Shown: positions 10,020-20,894, numbered from the stretch's first letter. The stretch: 64,000 nt of DNA from an uncultured Clostridia bacterium (GCA_963532875.1 CAUSLO010000002.1:1377-65376); one strand, 5' to 3'. Notes: generated by a model not told the origin, from the letters alone. Translations and numbers: made by a program.

Positions 10020-11969
10020 TTATTGCTCATTTAAGATTGAAAGTATTTTTTTTTCATTCATCATTTTAATATTCAGTTGCTTTGCTTTCTCATATTTGCT
10101 TCCTGGATTATCTCCTAGAAAAATTAAATTAGTTTTAGATGTTACGCTTGATGCAAATTTTGCCCCTAATGCTTTCGCTTTCTCTTCTAGTTCGTTTCTT
10201 GTAAAGGATTCAAAACTACCAGTAATTACAATAACTTTCCCAGTTAGAATGCCTTCGCCTTTATTTTCTACTGGTTGAATGTTTACTCCTACTTCTAACA
10301 AATGTTTTATAAATTCTTTGTTTTCTTGGTTATTAAAATAGTTTTCGTAATTTTCTGCTATTACTGATCCAACACCTTCAAGTTCTCTGATATCATCTGC
10401 TTTCATTTCTTGTACTCTATTTATATCTTTTGCGTAGTTTGCAATGTCCTCTGAAAGTCTTTTACCTACGCCTTCAATTCCTAAAGCAAATATAAATGAT
10501 GATAAAGCAATATTTTTACTCTTCTTAATTGATTTAAGGATGTTATCAATCTTTTTCCCTTTAAAGCCTTCAATGCCTATCAAATCACTTTCTTGCAACT
10601 TAAATAAATCTTCTGGTTTTTTTAATTTCCCTAGTTCAAACAATAACTCGATTGTCTTTTCTGATAGTCCTTCAATATCAAACGCTTTTTTCGATACAAA
10701 GTATGAAATTCTATTGATGGCCGCTGCCTTACAATCTTTGTTTTTACAATATATAAATGCCCCATCAATTTCAGTTTCTGACCCACAAGAAGGACACGCT
10801 TCAGGTTGTGTTATTAATATCCGATCATTTGCCTCTTCATATACTCCCATTATTTCTGGGATAACGTCATTACTCCTACGTATTAAGACGATATCATTAA
10901 TTGCAATTTTCTTTCTTTCAATTTCAAAAATATTATTTAACGTTGCTCTAGTTATCGTTGCACCACATACTTCTACTGGCTCAACTACAGCAATAGGATT
11001 TAATTTATTTGTTCTAGAAACTTGCCAAATTACATCTAGCAACTTCGTAGTGTTTTCTTCTGCTTTAAACTTATATGCTATTGCCCATTTAGGAAATTTA
11101 TCTGTCTCCTTAAGAATATCTCGATATTTAATCTCATTAACCTTAATTACAATTCCGTCAATTAAATAATCAAGTTCACTACGAATTTTATCTGTTTTAT
11201 TAATATAGTCTTCTAGATCTTTTTCAGTATTGGCAAGTTTATAATCTCCTTGAATTTCAAACCCTTGTTTTTTTAAAAACTCTCTCATTTCATCTTGAGA
11301 ACTAAACCTATCATCACAGTATCCAATATTGTATGCAAAGAAACTTAAATTTCTTGATGCAGTAACTTTAGGGTCTAAATTCCTTATTGCTCCAGCCGCA
11401 GCATTTCTCGCATTTTTAAGAGGCACTTCTGCCGTTAAATTATATTTATCAAAAGATGAAAGACGCATTACGCATTCACCTACAACTTCTATTCTACCTT
11501 TATATTCTATTTTCTTAGGTAACTGTTTTATGGTCTCTACGTTCTTTGTAACTATTTCCCCAACAACGCCATTGCCCCTAGTTTTGCCCTCTTGCAACTT
11601 GCCGTTTTCATATAAAAGGTTCAAAGTCAATCCATCAAATTTATATTCAAGTGTTAATGTAGGATTTATATTAAGAGCATTTTTTGTCCTATTAATCCAT
11701 GTTTTCACTTCTTCAAATGATTGTGCTTTATCTAAACTATATAGTCGATTTATATGCTTCCCTTGCTCAAATTTGTCTAAGGGCATACCCCCTACACGAT
11801 GAGTTGGGCTGTTTTTAAGTGAAAAACCCTCAGTTTCCTCAAGATTTCTAAGTTCATCATATAAAGAATCATATACGGCATCAGAAACACTTGGGCTATC
11901 ATTTTCATAATATTCCTCTGCATATTTGTTTAAAATTTCGGTTAATTCTTTGATTCTTTCTTTTGACAT
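10020..11969 (-). CDS. ligA: NAD-dependent DNA ligase
   Basis: 649 aa with adenylation motif EYKFDGLTLNL, Zn finger CPSCGS...C..C, and a C-terminal BRCT (LTGKVIVITGSF...). Confidence 0.95.
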   Translation of the reverse strand: MSKERIKELTEILNKYAEEYYENDSPSVSDAVYDSLYDELRNLEETEGFSLKNSPTHRVGGMPLDKFEQGKHINRLYSLDKAQSFEEVKTWINRTKNALNINPTLTLEYKFDGLTLNLLYENGKLQEGKTRGNGVVGEIVTKNVETIKQLPKKIEYKGRIEVVGECVMRLSSFDKYNLTAEVPLKNARNAAAGAIRNLDPKVTASRNLSFFAYNIGYCDDRFSSQDEMREFLKKQGFEIQGDYKLANTEKDLEDYINKTDKIRSELDYLIDGIVIKVNEIKYRDILKETDKFPKWAIAYKFKAEENTTKLLDVIWQVSRTNKLNPIAVVEPVEVCGATITRATLNNIFEIERKKIAINDIVLIRRSNDVIPEIMGVYEEANDRILITQPEACPSCGSETEIDGAFIYCKNKDCKAAAINRISYFVSKKAFDIEGLSEKTIELLFELGKLKKPEDLFKLQESDLIGIEGFKGKKIDNILKSIKKSKNIALSSFIFALGIEGVGKRLSEDIANYAKDINRVQEMKADDIRELEGVGSVIAENYENYFNNQENKEFIKHLLEVGVNIQPVENKGEGILTGKVIVITGSFESFTRNELEEKAKALGAKFASSVTSKTNLIFLGDNPGSKYEKAKQLNIKMMNEKKILSILNEQ

Positions 11970-11971
11970 GT

Positions 11972-14140
11972 TTACTCCAAAAATCTCGAAGCAATATCTA
12001 AATTAAATTTCTTAATTCCTGTTTCAAATATTGCTGCTAACATGTTATTTCGCTCATTTATATCAAAAACTTTTCCTTCACCAAAAATTGAATGGTACAC
12101 AGTTTGTCCTACCTTGAATTTTAAATTCGTATTAACAGCCTTTGCTACTTGGCTCGATACATTGATATTCTCTACTTTAAATTTTGTATTAATTTTACTT
12201 TTATACTCTGGCTTAAACGTATTTTCATTTTTCTCTTTATCATGAATTGTTGCTGGTTCGATTTCTTTTATAAAAAGACTTGGCTCCATTGCTTCAACTC
12301 TTCCAAATCTCATCCTTTGAGTTGTGTACGAAATTCTAACCTCTTTTTTTGCTCTGGTAACAGCAACATACATCAAGCGTCTTTCTTCTTCAAGTTCACT
12401 ATCAATTTTCAATGGAAAGACTCTTTCCTCAACGGCAACAATATATATGTTATCAAATTCCAATCCCTTTACTGAATGGATTGTAGCAATGGTTAATGAA
12501 TCTTTTTCATCCGCTTGGTCAACGGTGCTTAAAAGTGAAATCCCTTCAAGATACTCTCTAAGAGTTAAATTCTCTTGCAATGACTCTGCTTCAATCATTG
12601 TATTGATTAATTCTTGAATATTCTCATATGCGGCTATTTCTTCGGGTTTTCTACTTAAGGATAACAAATTTTTAATACCTGTTATTTCAATTAGTTTTTT
12701 TGTGATAACTGATGGCTTATAGTTTTCGTATTGTCTTAAATCATTGAAAATGCTAACAAATTTTGCAAACTTCATTTGTAGTGATGCATCGCATTTTGAA
12801 ATTGCTTCAAAATAAGATGAACCACATCTATTTGCAACTACCGCTAATTCGGAAACTGCCTTGTCTCCGATTCCTCGCGTTGGATAGTTTACTATCCTCA
12901 AAAACGCAGCGTCGTCTTTGATGTTTATAAGCAATCTCAAATATGCAACAACGTCTTTGATTTCTTTTCTGTCGTAGAATTTAAATCCGCCAAAAATTCT
13001 ATATGGAATATTGTTTGCTCTACATTGATCTTCAAAAATTCGAGTTATTGAATTTGCTCTAACCAAAATTGCATTCGATTTGTATGCAATACCTTTTTGT
13101 TTATCTTGTCTAATTTTTCTAATTACATCTGATGCTTCTACTCTATCTGAATAATATTTTTTTAGATATACCTTTGCTCCGTCATTCCTATCGGTCCAAA
13201 GTGCTTTTTTATTTCTTAAAGTATTATTGGCTATTATTAAATTCGCCGCTTCTAATATTGAACTATTACTTCTATAGTTTCGCTCCAGTTTGTATACTTT
13301 TGTTTCTGGATATGTTTTCTGATAACTAAGAATGTTTGATATGTTCGCACCTCTCCATGAATAAATGCCTTGGTCTTCATCGCCAACTAAAAATATATTT
13401 TGATATTTCTTACCTAATAATTCGACAATTTTGTGTTGAATCTTGTTTGTATCTTGATATTCATCTACGTGAATATATCTATATCTATCTTGATATTTTT
13501 CTAAAACTTTTGGATTTTCCTTAAACAGTTTACAAACGTTAGATAATAAATCATCAAAGTCCATCGCATTTGCTTTTTTTAATTCACTTTGATATATCTT
13601 AAAAACTTCTTGTGCAATATCAGTATCAAAATTGTCCAAATATATCTGCCCTTTAACTTTATCTGAGTAATATGCTTCTGTTTTTGCTTTTGACACCGCA
13701 AATATAAATTCTTTGATAAATTTTTTACGGTCATTATCGTCTACTAAATCTGGTACTTTATTCTTTAAGATGTTTTTGATAAAACTTTCTTTGTCATTTT
13801 CGTCGTAAATTGTAAAGTTACTTTCATATCCTAGATATGAGGCTTCTGCTCTTAATATACGTGCACACAATGAGTGAAATGTACAAGCAAGAACATCATT
13901 ACCTAGAGTATTAATCTTGGCTATTCTTTCTTTCATTTCATTAGCTGCCTTGTTTGTAAAAGTAATTGCCAAAATATTATGTGGACTAACTCCACTTTCA
14001 AGTAAGTTATATATTCTGCTTGTTAATACACGTGTCTTTCCAGTTCCCGCACCAGCCAAAACTAATACTCTTCCTTGTAAAGTATTTGCTGGTTTAAGTT
14101 GTTCGTCATTAAGATTAAATCTATTTTGTAGCATATACAT
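11972..14140 (-). CDS. pcrA: ATP-dependent DNA helicase PcrA/UvrD family
   Basis: Walker A LAGAGTGKTRVLTSR, the DEYQDTN motif, TIHSVKGLEFD and VAVTRAK. The pcrA-ligA order matches Bacillus. Confidence 0.9.
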   Translation of the reverse strand: MYMLQNRFNLNDEQLKPANTLQGRVLVLAGAGTGKTRVLTSRIYNLLESGVSPHNILAITFTNKAANEMKERIAKINTLGNDVLACTFHSLCARILRAEASYLGYESNFTIYDENDKESFIKNILKNKVPDLVDDNDRKKFIKEFIFAVSKAKTEAYYSDKVKGQIYLDNFDTDIAQEVFKIYQSELKKANAMDFDDLLSNVCKLFKENPKVLEKYQDRYRYIHVDEYQDTNKIQHKIVELLGKKYQNIFLVGDEDQGIYSWRGANISNILSYQKTYPETKVYKLERNYRSNSSILEAANLIIANNTLRNKKALWTDRNDGAKVYLKKYYSDRVEASDVIRKIRQDKQKGIAYKSNAILVRANSITRIFEDQCRANNIPYRIFGGFKFYDRKEIKDVVAYLRLLINIKDDAAFLRIVNYPTRGIGDKAVSELAVVANRCGSSYFEAISKCDASLQMKFAKFVSIFNDLRQYENYKPSVITKKLIEITGIKNLLSLSRKPEEIAAYENIQELINTMIEAESLQENLTLREYLEGISLLSTVDQADEKDSLTIATIHSVKGLEFDNIYIVAVEERVFPLKIDSELEEERRLMYVAVTRAKKEVRISYTTQRMRFGRVEAMEPSLFIKEIEPATIHDKEKNENTFKPEYKSKINTKFKVENINVSSQVAKAVNTNLKFKVGQTVYHSIFGEGKVFDINERNNMLAAIFETGIKKFNLDIASRFLE

Positions 14141-15719
14141 AACCCTCGTCGAATATTTTCAACAATACCTTATAAGTCATTTCTACATCCGCTAAGGCTC
14201 TATGAGCATTTGGACTAGCAAAACCAAAATTTTCTGCAATACTACTTAACTTATAAGAAGAAAGTCTTAAATATTTTTTTGCAAGAACTAAAGTGTCGAT
14301 TGTTTTATTATTAAAAACATATCCTGTTTCCTCATAATATTTCTTTAAAAATGGGATATCAAATACATCACTGTTATGTCCGCAAATTATACAATCATCA
14401 AAAAATTTATAGATATCTCCAATTGCGTCAATTATTTTGGGCTTACCTTCCAACATTTTATCTGTAATAGTAGTCAATTCTGTTACTTTTGGATCAAGTT
14501 TAGCCCCTGGATTAAATAGACTTTCTAATTTTTCTACAATCCGACCATCTATAATTTTCACAGCGGCAAAATCAATTATCTCATATTTTAGTATGTCTAA
14601 TCCGCTAGTTTCTAAATCAAATATGACAAATTTATTATTTTTTAGACTTTCAGGAATTTCTGTACTCCTACCAAGTTCTCCTTGGATCTCTACATGATAC
14701 TTTTCAGGGGAAATAGTTAGGTAATTTTTGGGGGCTACTTTCCCCTTTTTAATATTAATTTTTGAATATTGAATATCCGCAAAAAAGAATGCGTTTGCAG
14801 TTATTCCAATTCTGCCGTTATATACGTTAATATTACCATCTACGGCTATATTTGCCCCTACGACTAGTTCTCCTCTTCTCTTTTGATCTTGCTCATTTAA
14901 GAAGTATGTGCATTCAATTACCCCTGTTGTATCTGAAATTTTAACTTTAAGCATATCTTTCTTTACTGGTTCGTATGAAGGATTTTGTTTTACTTTTTCT
15001 TTTTCAGCACTTGGCGTATATTGCAATTCATTTACATCTGTAATTTCGCCACAAACTATTATTCTTTTCTGATTGATTGGTTTAATGTCTCTAATATATT
15101 CTGCAAAGGTATTATTAATATTATCAACATTTCGTCTCCCAATAATTTTTTGTTTACATGTAAAAGGTATTTGTCTGATTGCCGCAACAACTGCTTTACT
15201 TTGTGTAAATTCAACCGAACCTACTTCTCTATCTTTTGTCATATACTCAACTAATTCAATTTCTTGTGGGAACTTACTTTCTAAGTGTGTTTTCAATTTA
15301 TCTAGTAGTTTTTCTTTAAAGATCTCAAAGAAACTTTGTTGAACTTTTATCGTGCATTTAATTTTCTTTTCTATAAATTCAACAATAATGTCTTCGTAAC
15401 TCATACCATCTAAAATGAGCATATTCATGTTGCTTATTTCTTTTATGCCTTGTAGTATTGCATTTATTACTGATTGTTCATCTGTAAAAGTACGTATTAT
15501 CTTTACTTGAGTTTTTTTAATATTAGTTATTGATTTGCAACGCTCTCTAATTTCATTTAATTCGCTTATAATTTTATTATAGTCTCTAGAATCAACTAAA
15601 AAATTAATGATTAGTAATTCTTCACTGCTAGAATATTCAGAGTTCAAATATCTAATGACATTTAAATATTTTATATTTTCGCCACTGAAAAATTGTTCTT
15701 CAAATTTAGTCATTATCAA
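14121..15719 (-). CDS. PolC-like N-terminal/OB-fold region fused to a DEDDh 3'-5' exonuclease; no PHP or polymerase core
   Basis: The C-terminal ~180 aa carry FVIFDLETSGLD, GHNSDVFDIPFL and HRALADVEMT (epsilon/PolC exonuclease motifs). An OB-like segment, MLKVKISDTTGVIECTYF...VGANIAVDGNINVYNGRIGITAN, lies in the middle. The probable start is ATG 15713, behind AGGAG; the track start is TTG 15719. Confidence 0.7.
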   Translation of the reverse strand: MIMTKFEEQFFSGENIKYLNVIRYLNSEYSSSEELLIINFLVDSRDYNKIISELNEIRERCKSITNIKKTQVKIIRTFTDEQSVINAILQGIKEISNMNMLILDGMSYEDIIVEFIEKKIKCTIKVQQSFFEIFKEKLLDKLKTHLESKFPQEIELVEYMTKDREVGSVEFTQSKAVVAAIRQIPFTCKQKIIGRRNVDNINNTFAEYIRDIKPINQKRIIVCGEITDVNELQYTPSAEKEKVKQNPSYEPVKKDMLKVKISDTTGVIECTYFLNEQDQKRRGELVVGANIAVDGNINVYNGRIGITANAFFFADIQYSKINIKKGKVAPKNYLTISPEKYHVEIQGELGRSTEIPESLKNNKFVIFDLETSGLDILKYEIIDFAAVKIIDGRIVEKLESLFNPGAKLDPKVTELTTITDKMLEGKPKIIDAIGDIYKFFDDCIICGHNSDVFDIPFLKKYYEETGYVFNNKTIDTLVLAKKYLRLSSYKLSSIAENFGFASPNAHRALADVEMTYKVLLKIFDEGYVYATK

Positions 15720-16761
15720 TTTTCTCCTTCAGAATTTTTTCAAATGTAGATAAAAGTTGCTCATTTTCAACTGTAACGTATTTTTCTCCATTTACTAATA
15801 TAATTGATTTTTCTTTTCCTCCTGCTATACCTAAATCAGAATTTTTACCTTCGCCAATCCCATTTAGTGGACAACCAAGGACTGCAATACGCATTTTCTT
15901 ATCTACATTTCTAACAATTTCTTGAACTTTTTCAGTTAATTCTTTCACATTAATTTGTGTTCTGGAGCAAGTTGGACAAGAAACCACATCCACATTCTGC
16001 TCTCTAATTTTCAGCATTCTAAGTATTTCTTTAGCCGCAAAAATTTCTTCTTTTAGATCGTCAGTTAATGAAACTCTAATGGTATCGCCTATTCCATTGG
16101 CAAGCAATGTACTTAAAGCATATGAAGATTTAATTAAACCGTTCCTTAGTGTCCCTGACTCTGTAACCCCAATATGAATAGGTGCTTTTGTTTTATTTGC
16201 TAGCAAAATGTTTGCATCTATTGTTTCTATTGGATCTGATGACTTAATACCCATCACAATTTTTTTAACGCCATTTGACTTTAAGTTTTTTTCATATTCA
16301 AGTGCTGAATATACTAGACCTTTTACATTACCCATACTTTGATATTTAGGGTGTAAAGATCCACAATTTGTCCCAACTCTTACTGCTACATCATACTCAT
16401 TCAAATGTTCAGATAAGTTCTTGATTTGCGAATAATCAGTCATATTCCCTGGATTGATTCTGATTTTCTTAGCACCAGCCTTAATGACTCCGCATGCAAT
16501 TTCATAACTATAATGTACGTCTGCTATTAATGGCGTATTTACTTGCGATTGTATATTTTTAAAGTGCCCAATATCTTCTTTTGTATGTACGGCCAAACGA
16601 ACTAAATCGCAGCCACATGAAATTACTTCGTTAATTTTTTTTATACAATTTGTTTCGTCAGAAGTCTTGATATCCAACATTGTTTGTATAGTGATTGGAT
16701 AATCACTACCAAAGCCAATATTGCCTACTAGAAAGTTGTCAGTTCTTCTTCGTTTAATCAT
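15706..16761 (-). CDS. ispG: 4-hydroxy-3-methylbut-2-en-1-yl diphosphate synthase (MEP pathway)
   Basis: 351 aa with VGNIGFGSDYPITIQTM, CPTCSRT and GCPLNGIGEG motifs. ATGA overlap with the dxr stop. Confidence 0.9.
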   Translation of the reverse strand: MIKRRRTDNFLVGNIGFGSDYPITIQTMLDIKTSDETNCIKKINEVISCGCDLVRLAVHTKEDIGHFKNIQSQVNTPLIADVHYSYEIACGVIKAGAKKIRINPGNMTDYSQIKNLSEHLNEYDVAVRVGTNCGSLHPKYQSMGNVKGLVYSALEYEKNLKSNGVKKIVMGIKSSDPIETIDANILLANKTKAPIHIGVTESGTLRNGLIKSSYALSTLLANGIGDTIRVSLTDDLKEEIFAAKEILRMLKIREQNVDVVSCPTCSRTQINVKELTEKVQEIVRNVDKKMRIAVLGCPLNGIGEGKNSDLGIAGGKEKSIILVNGEKYVTVENEQLLSTFEKILKEKIDND

Positions 16762-17918
16762 TTACGCACTAGACTCTTAGCATATGTTTTTGCTTCTAAA
16801 GAAATTTTAAGCACATCGTCTATGCTAGACTCCTGTGTGTTTTCAAATTTTGTATATACTTTTTCTAACAATTTATATATATCTAAAAATTTAATTTTAT
16901 CTTCCAAGAATTTATCAACTAAAACTTCGTCTGCGGAGGAAAGTGCAACAATTACCCCATCTGATTTCTCCATTGCTTTTCTCATTAAAGGAATCATTGG
17001 AAACTTATTTTCATCTAACTCAGAAAAGTGTAATTGTCCTATTTTTGCAAGATTTAAAAAGTCGTCTTTTGTGCTTTGCACTTCTGGATAATATAAAGCA
17101 TTTTCTATTGGGATACGCAATGATGTTGTAGAAAGTATTGCTTTTTGTGTACCATTATTTAATTCGACTATAGAGTGTATAATACTTTCTCTGTGCATAA
17201 GCACTGAAATTTTCTTTGAACTTATTTCAAAAAGGTTTTTTGCCTCTACAATTTCAAGCGCTTTGTTAAATAATGTTGCTGAGTCCACTGTTATTTTTTT
17301 ACCCATGTTCCAATTTGGATGAAACAAAGCATCAACAGATTTTACATATTCTAATTCTTCAACCTTTTTATCTCTAAACGCTCCGCCACTTGCTGTTAAT
17401 ATTATTTGTTTTATATCTTTTGGATTTTCTCCTTTTAATGCTGATTGAATAGCTGAATGTTCTGTATCAAGTGGAATGATTACTCCACCATATTTCTTCT
17501 CAAGTTGTTTGAGGTACTTCCCAGCACATACTAAAGTTTCTTTATTCGCTATTGCTAAAATTGCACCACGTTTAAGAGTTGCTACTGCTGCCCAAAGGCC
17601 ACTTAGTCCAGTTACTGTAGAAACAACTATATCAGAATCTAATGACGCCAATTCCTCAATTGAAGATAAACAGTTAGCACGATATTGTTCCCCTTCAATA
17701 TAGTCAAAAATTGATAACTGAGACTCTACAGCCCCTATTGCCGTAAAATAGTGTTTTGGTTTAAATTCTTCAATTTGCTTTGATAGTAATTCAGTATTTT
17801 TATAACAAGATAACCCTATTACTTTAAAGGTTTTGGGATGTTTCCTAATAACGTCAAGAACTGCCCTACCATACGCTCCTGTGCTACCTAATATTGTTAG
17901 TGTCGTAACCTTTTTCAT
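16758..17918 (-). CDS. dxr: 1-deoxy-D-xylulose 5-phosphate reductoisomerase
   Basis: ILGSTGAYGRAVLDV (NADPH fold), ANKETLVCAG and DTEHSAIQ motifs. It ends in TGA. Confidence 0.9.
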   Translation of the reverse strand: MKKVTTLTILGSTGAYGRAVLDVIRKHPKTFKVIGLSCYKNTELLSKQIEEFKPKHYFTAIGAVESQLSIFDYIEGEQYRANCLSSIEELASLDSDIVVSTVTGLSGLWAAVATLKRGAILAIANKETLVCAGKYLKQLEKKYGGVIIPLDTEHSAIQSALKGENPKDIKQIILTASGGAFRDKKVEELEYVKSVDALFHPNWNMGKKITVDSATLFNKALEIVEAKNLFEISSKKISVLMHRESIIHSIVELNNGTQKAILSTTSLRIPIENALYYPEVQSTKDDFLNLAKIGQLHFSELDENKFPMIPLMRKAMEKSDGVIVALSSADEVLVDKFLEDKIKFLDIYKLLEKVYTKFENTQESSIDDVLKISLEAKTYAKSLVRK

Positions 17919-17990
17919 ACAAACTATTATATAGTAAATTCATATTATTATCTAGTTGATTATTTTCCTGAATGATACGCAAAAGGAAAA

Positions 17991-18920
17991 CTAAACCGTG
18001 GTAATTGCACCAAGAACTGTCAAAAATATTGTTAGTACAATACATGAGGAAATTATGCTATCAAGCCTATCCATAACTCCACCGTGTTCTGGGAAAATGT
18101 GCCCATAGTCCTTAATTCCAATAAGCCTTTTAATTTTAGATGCCACTAAATCTCCTAACTGGCTAACTATAGTTATTAGTGTCCCCATGAACATAAATAT
18201 TAAAGCATTTTGCCATTCCCAACCTTTGTGTGCCTTTGATATAAATGGTGCTAAATTTTTAAGCATTTCTTTATCAATACATCTACTCAAAACTTTATCT
18301 GCATATAGAATAAACATTAAGTACATTAGTACTGATATCCCTAATCCTCCAACTAATGCCCCAATAGCCCCAGCAATTGTCTTCTTTGGAGAAACTCTTG
18401 GACAAATTTTTTTCTTTCCAAAAGATGCTCCAAAATAATATGCAAATGCATCTGAAAATATTGGGATAGTAACACACGTTACAATAACAAAAATAAAGTT
18501 ATACTTCTGCATTAATATAAATATTAGATGAAGCATAAATAATGGATATACAAGTATAAATATTGTACTCATAAAGTCTTTAAGTTCTAATTCTTCATCT
18601 TTAGAAAATGTATACTCGGCCATAGATATAAAGACACACACAATAAGCATTATTACTGAAATCACATCTGCACTTTGTTTGTTTAAAACTTTTTCAACAA
18701 TCTTAATTATTGGATAAGTAAACAATGTAAAAAGAATTATTGGTATCTTACGAACTTTATATCCACTTCTTTTAAATGAATGAGTCATCTCATATGCTGC
18801 AAAAATAGTCCATAACAAGATAAACACTTCTACTATTTCTTTTGCTAAAAAATAACTTAGAGTTATTACTCCTACAAATGATGCTAATAAACCTAAACCC
18901 ACCAAAGTTCTTTTTAACAT
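17991..18920 (-). CDS. cdsA: phosphatidate cytidylyltransferase
   Basis: Multi-TM protein with SDAFAYYFGASFGKKKICPRVSPKKTIAGAIG. It ends in TAG. Confidence 0.9.
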   Translation of the reverse strand: MLKRTLVGLGLLASFVGVITLSYFLAKEIVEVFILLWTIFAAYEMTHSFKRSGYKVRKIPIILFTLFTYPIIKIVEKVLNKQSADVISVIMLIVCVFISMAEYTFSKDEELELKDFMSTIFILVYPLFMLHLIFILMQKYNFIFVIVTCVTIPIFSDAFAYYFGASFGKKKICPRVSPKKTIAGAIGALVGGLGISVLMYLMFILYADKVLSRCIDKEMLKNLAPFISKAHKGWEWQNALIFMFMGTLITIVSQLGDLVASKIKRLIGIKDYGHIFPEHGGVMDRLDSIISSCIVLTIFLTVLGAITTV

Positions 18921-19529
18921 TTAAACACCAAAGTTCCTTTTTGTCTTTTGAAATCTTTCTATACAGTCATTTATATCTTCTATTTTAACATCGGGCCATA
19001 ACTTGTTTATAAAAAACAATTCTGTATACCCAACCTCGAATAACATAAAGTCAGATAGCCTTTGATATCCTCCCGACCTAATAAGCACATCTAAAGGTGG
19101 CAAAAAACTTGTCTTTAAACTTTTCATGAATTTTTCTTTATCACCCTTTGACTTAGCAACTGCAGTTAAAATATCTTCTCTAGATGAGTAACCAAGTGCA
19201 ACATTTACATTCATTGAATTCTTCGATATAAAAACACGTTCCTTTTTAATTGAACCGAAAAATTTAACATTAACTCTTAGTTTCTTTGCTGATTCAACGA
19301 ACATATCTACTTTCTTGAGTATATATTCTATTTCTTCTTTTGAACGTTGCAGATTGTCTCCGGATAGCGTAAATATAGTTACTTCTTTAATGCCAATATC
19401 TCTGAGTCCCCAAACGATATCAACTGTTGTTTTTAGACCTTCGTTGTATGCAAATGGTAAAGTAGTATTGTTTGCACGAGCCCATCTTCTATTGCCATCA
19501 ATTATTAAAGCAATATGCTGAGGAAGCAT
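18921..19529 (-). CDS. uppS: undecaprenyl (isoprenyl) diphosphate synthase, compact 202-aa form
   Basis: HIALIIDGNRRWA and IRSGGYQRLSDFMLFEVGYTELFF motifs. Canonical position between frr and cdsA. Confidence 0.9.
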   Translation of the reverse strand: MLPQHIALIIDGNRRWARANNTTLPFAYNEGLKTTVDIVWGLRDIGIKEVTIFTLSGDNLQRSKEEIEYILKKVDMFVESAKKLRVNVKFFGSIKKERVFISKNSMNVNVALGYSSREDILTAVAKSKGDKEKFMKSLKTSFLPPLDVLIRSGGYQRLSDFMLFEVGYTELFFINKLWPDVKIEDINDCIERFQKTKRNFGV

Positions 19530-20104
19530 TATATCTCCATTATTTCTCTTTCTTTTTCTTTGAACTCTTTATCAACAAATTCAGTTTTTGTTTGTAGCAT
19601 TTTATCTACTTCTTTTGTATATGTAGCAAGATCATCTTCTGTTATTTCAGAATTCTTTTCTAGTTTTTTAAATCCATCAAGTGCATCTCTTCTCGCATTA
19701 CGAATAACTATTTTTGTTTCTTCTGCAAATTGTTTAATTTCTTTAGTTAGTTCTTTACGTCTATCTTGCGTAAGTTCTGGAAATAGAAGACGAATTACTT
19801 GTCCGTCATTATTTGGATTTATGCCAATACCTGAATTTTGTATTGCCTTTTCTACATCTTTCATTGCACTTTTATCCCAAACGTTTATCACTAAAAGTCT
19901 TGCTTCAGGTGTTGTTATGTTTGCCATTTTGTTGATTGATGTTAGTTGTCCGTAATAATCAACTTGAACCTTATCAAGAATATGTGGATTTGCTCTTCCT
20001 GCTCTAACTAACTTATATTCTCCAATTAAGTTGTTAATTGCTTTATCCATTTTTTCTTCTGATTCCATAAAAATCATATCTACAGACTCAATACCTGTTT
20101 CCAT
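19529..20104 (-). CDS. frr: ribosome recycling factor
   Basis: 191 aa in the canonical pyrH-frr position, with a typical RRF sequence (RAGRANPHILDKVQVDYYG). Confidence 0.95.
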   Translation of the reverse strand: METGIESVDMIFMESEEKMDKAINNLIGEYKLVRAGRANPHILDKVQVDYYGQLTSINKMANITTPEARLLVINVWDKSAMKDVEKAIQNSGIGINPNNDGQVIRLLFPELTQDRRKELTKEIKQFAEETKIVIRNARRDALDGFKKLEKNSEITEDDLATYTKEVDKMLQTKTEFVDKEFKEKEREIMEI

Positions 20105-20138
20105 TTTCCCACCTCTGTTATTAGGTTAATATCTAAAT

Positions 20139-20855
<717 letters not shown>

Positions 20856-20858
20856 TCA

Positions 20859-20883
20859 TAAAATAAAAGACGCTTTCGCGTCT
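20859..20883 (-). terminator. hairpin plus U-rich tail between tsf and pyrH (terminator/attenuator)
   Basis: The minus strand reads AGACGC-GAAA-GCGTCT followed by TTTATTTTAT. This is a 6-bp GC-rich stem with a GNRA loop. Confidence 0.5.
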
Positions 20884-20894
20884 CTTAAAAGTAT

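Noticed and set aside
10444-11169. 241-aa plus-strand ORF inside ligA. Similar long antisense ORFs occur at 11329-11802, 30798-31520 and 43722-44300.
   Set aside because: These ORFs lie entirely antisense to well-supported conserved genes. Their translations are low-complexity Ser/Phe/Ile/Leu strings with no motifs or SD. They are shadow ORFs typical of AT-rich coding DNA.
16758-16761. Possibility of Mollicutes code 4 (TGA = Trp), given the AT-richness and lipoprotein content
   Set aside because: dxr, tsaE and nfnA end at TGA in ATGA overlaps, with normal protein lengths. All conserved proteins are full length under code 11, and Trp positions I checked (e.g. GRWGNF in Lgt) are ordinary.
17991-17993. 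Genome-wide TAG reassignment, as an explanation for the in-frame TAGs at 25592 and 25757
   Set aside because: cdsA ends at TAG at the normal protein length, and another stop follows after a non-conserved tail. The PolC-like gene and tsaB also end at TAG. TAG therefore functions as a stop here.
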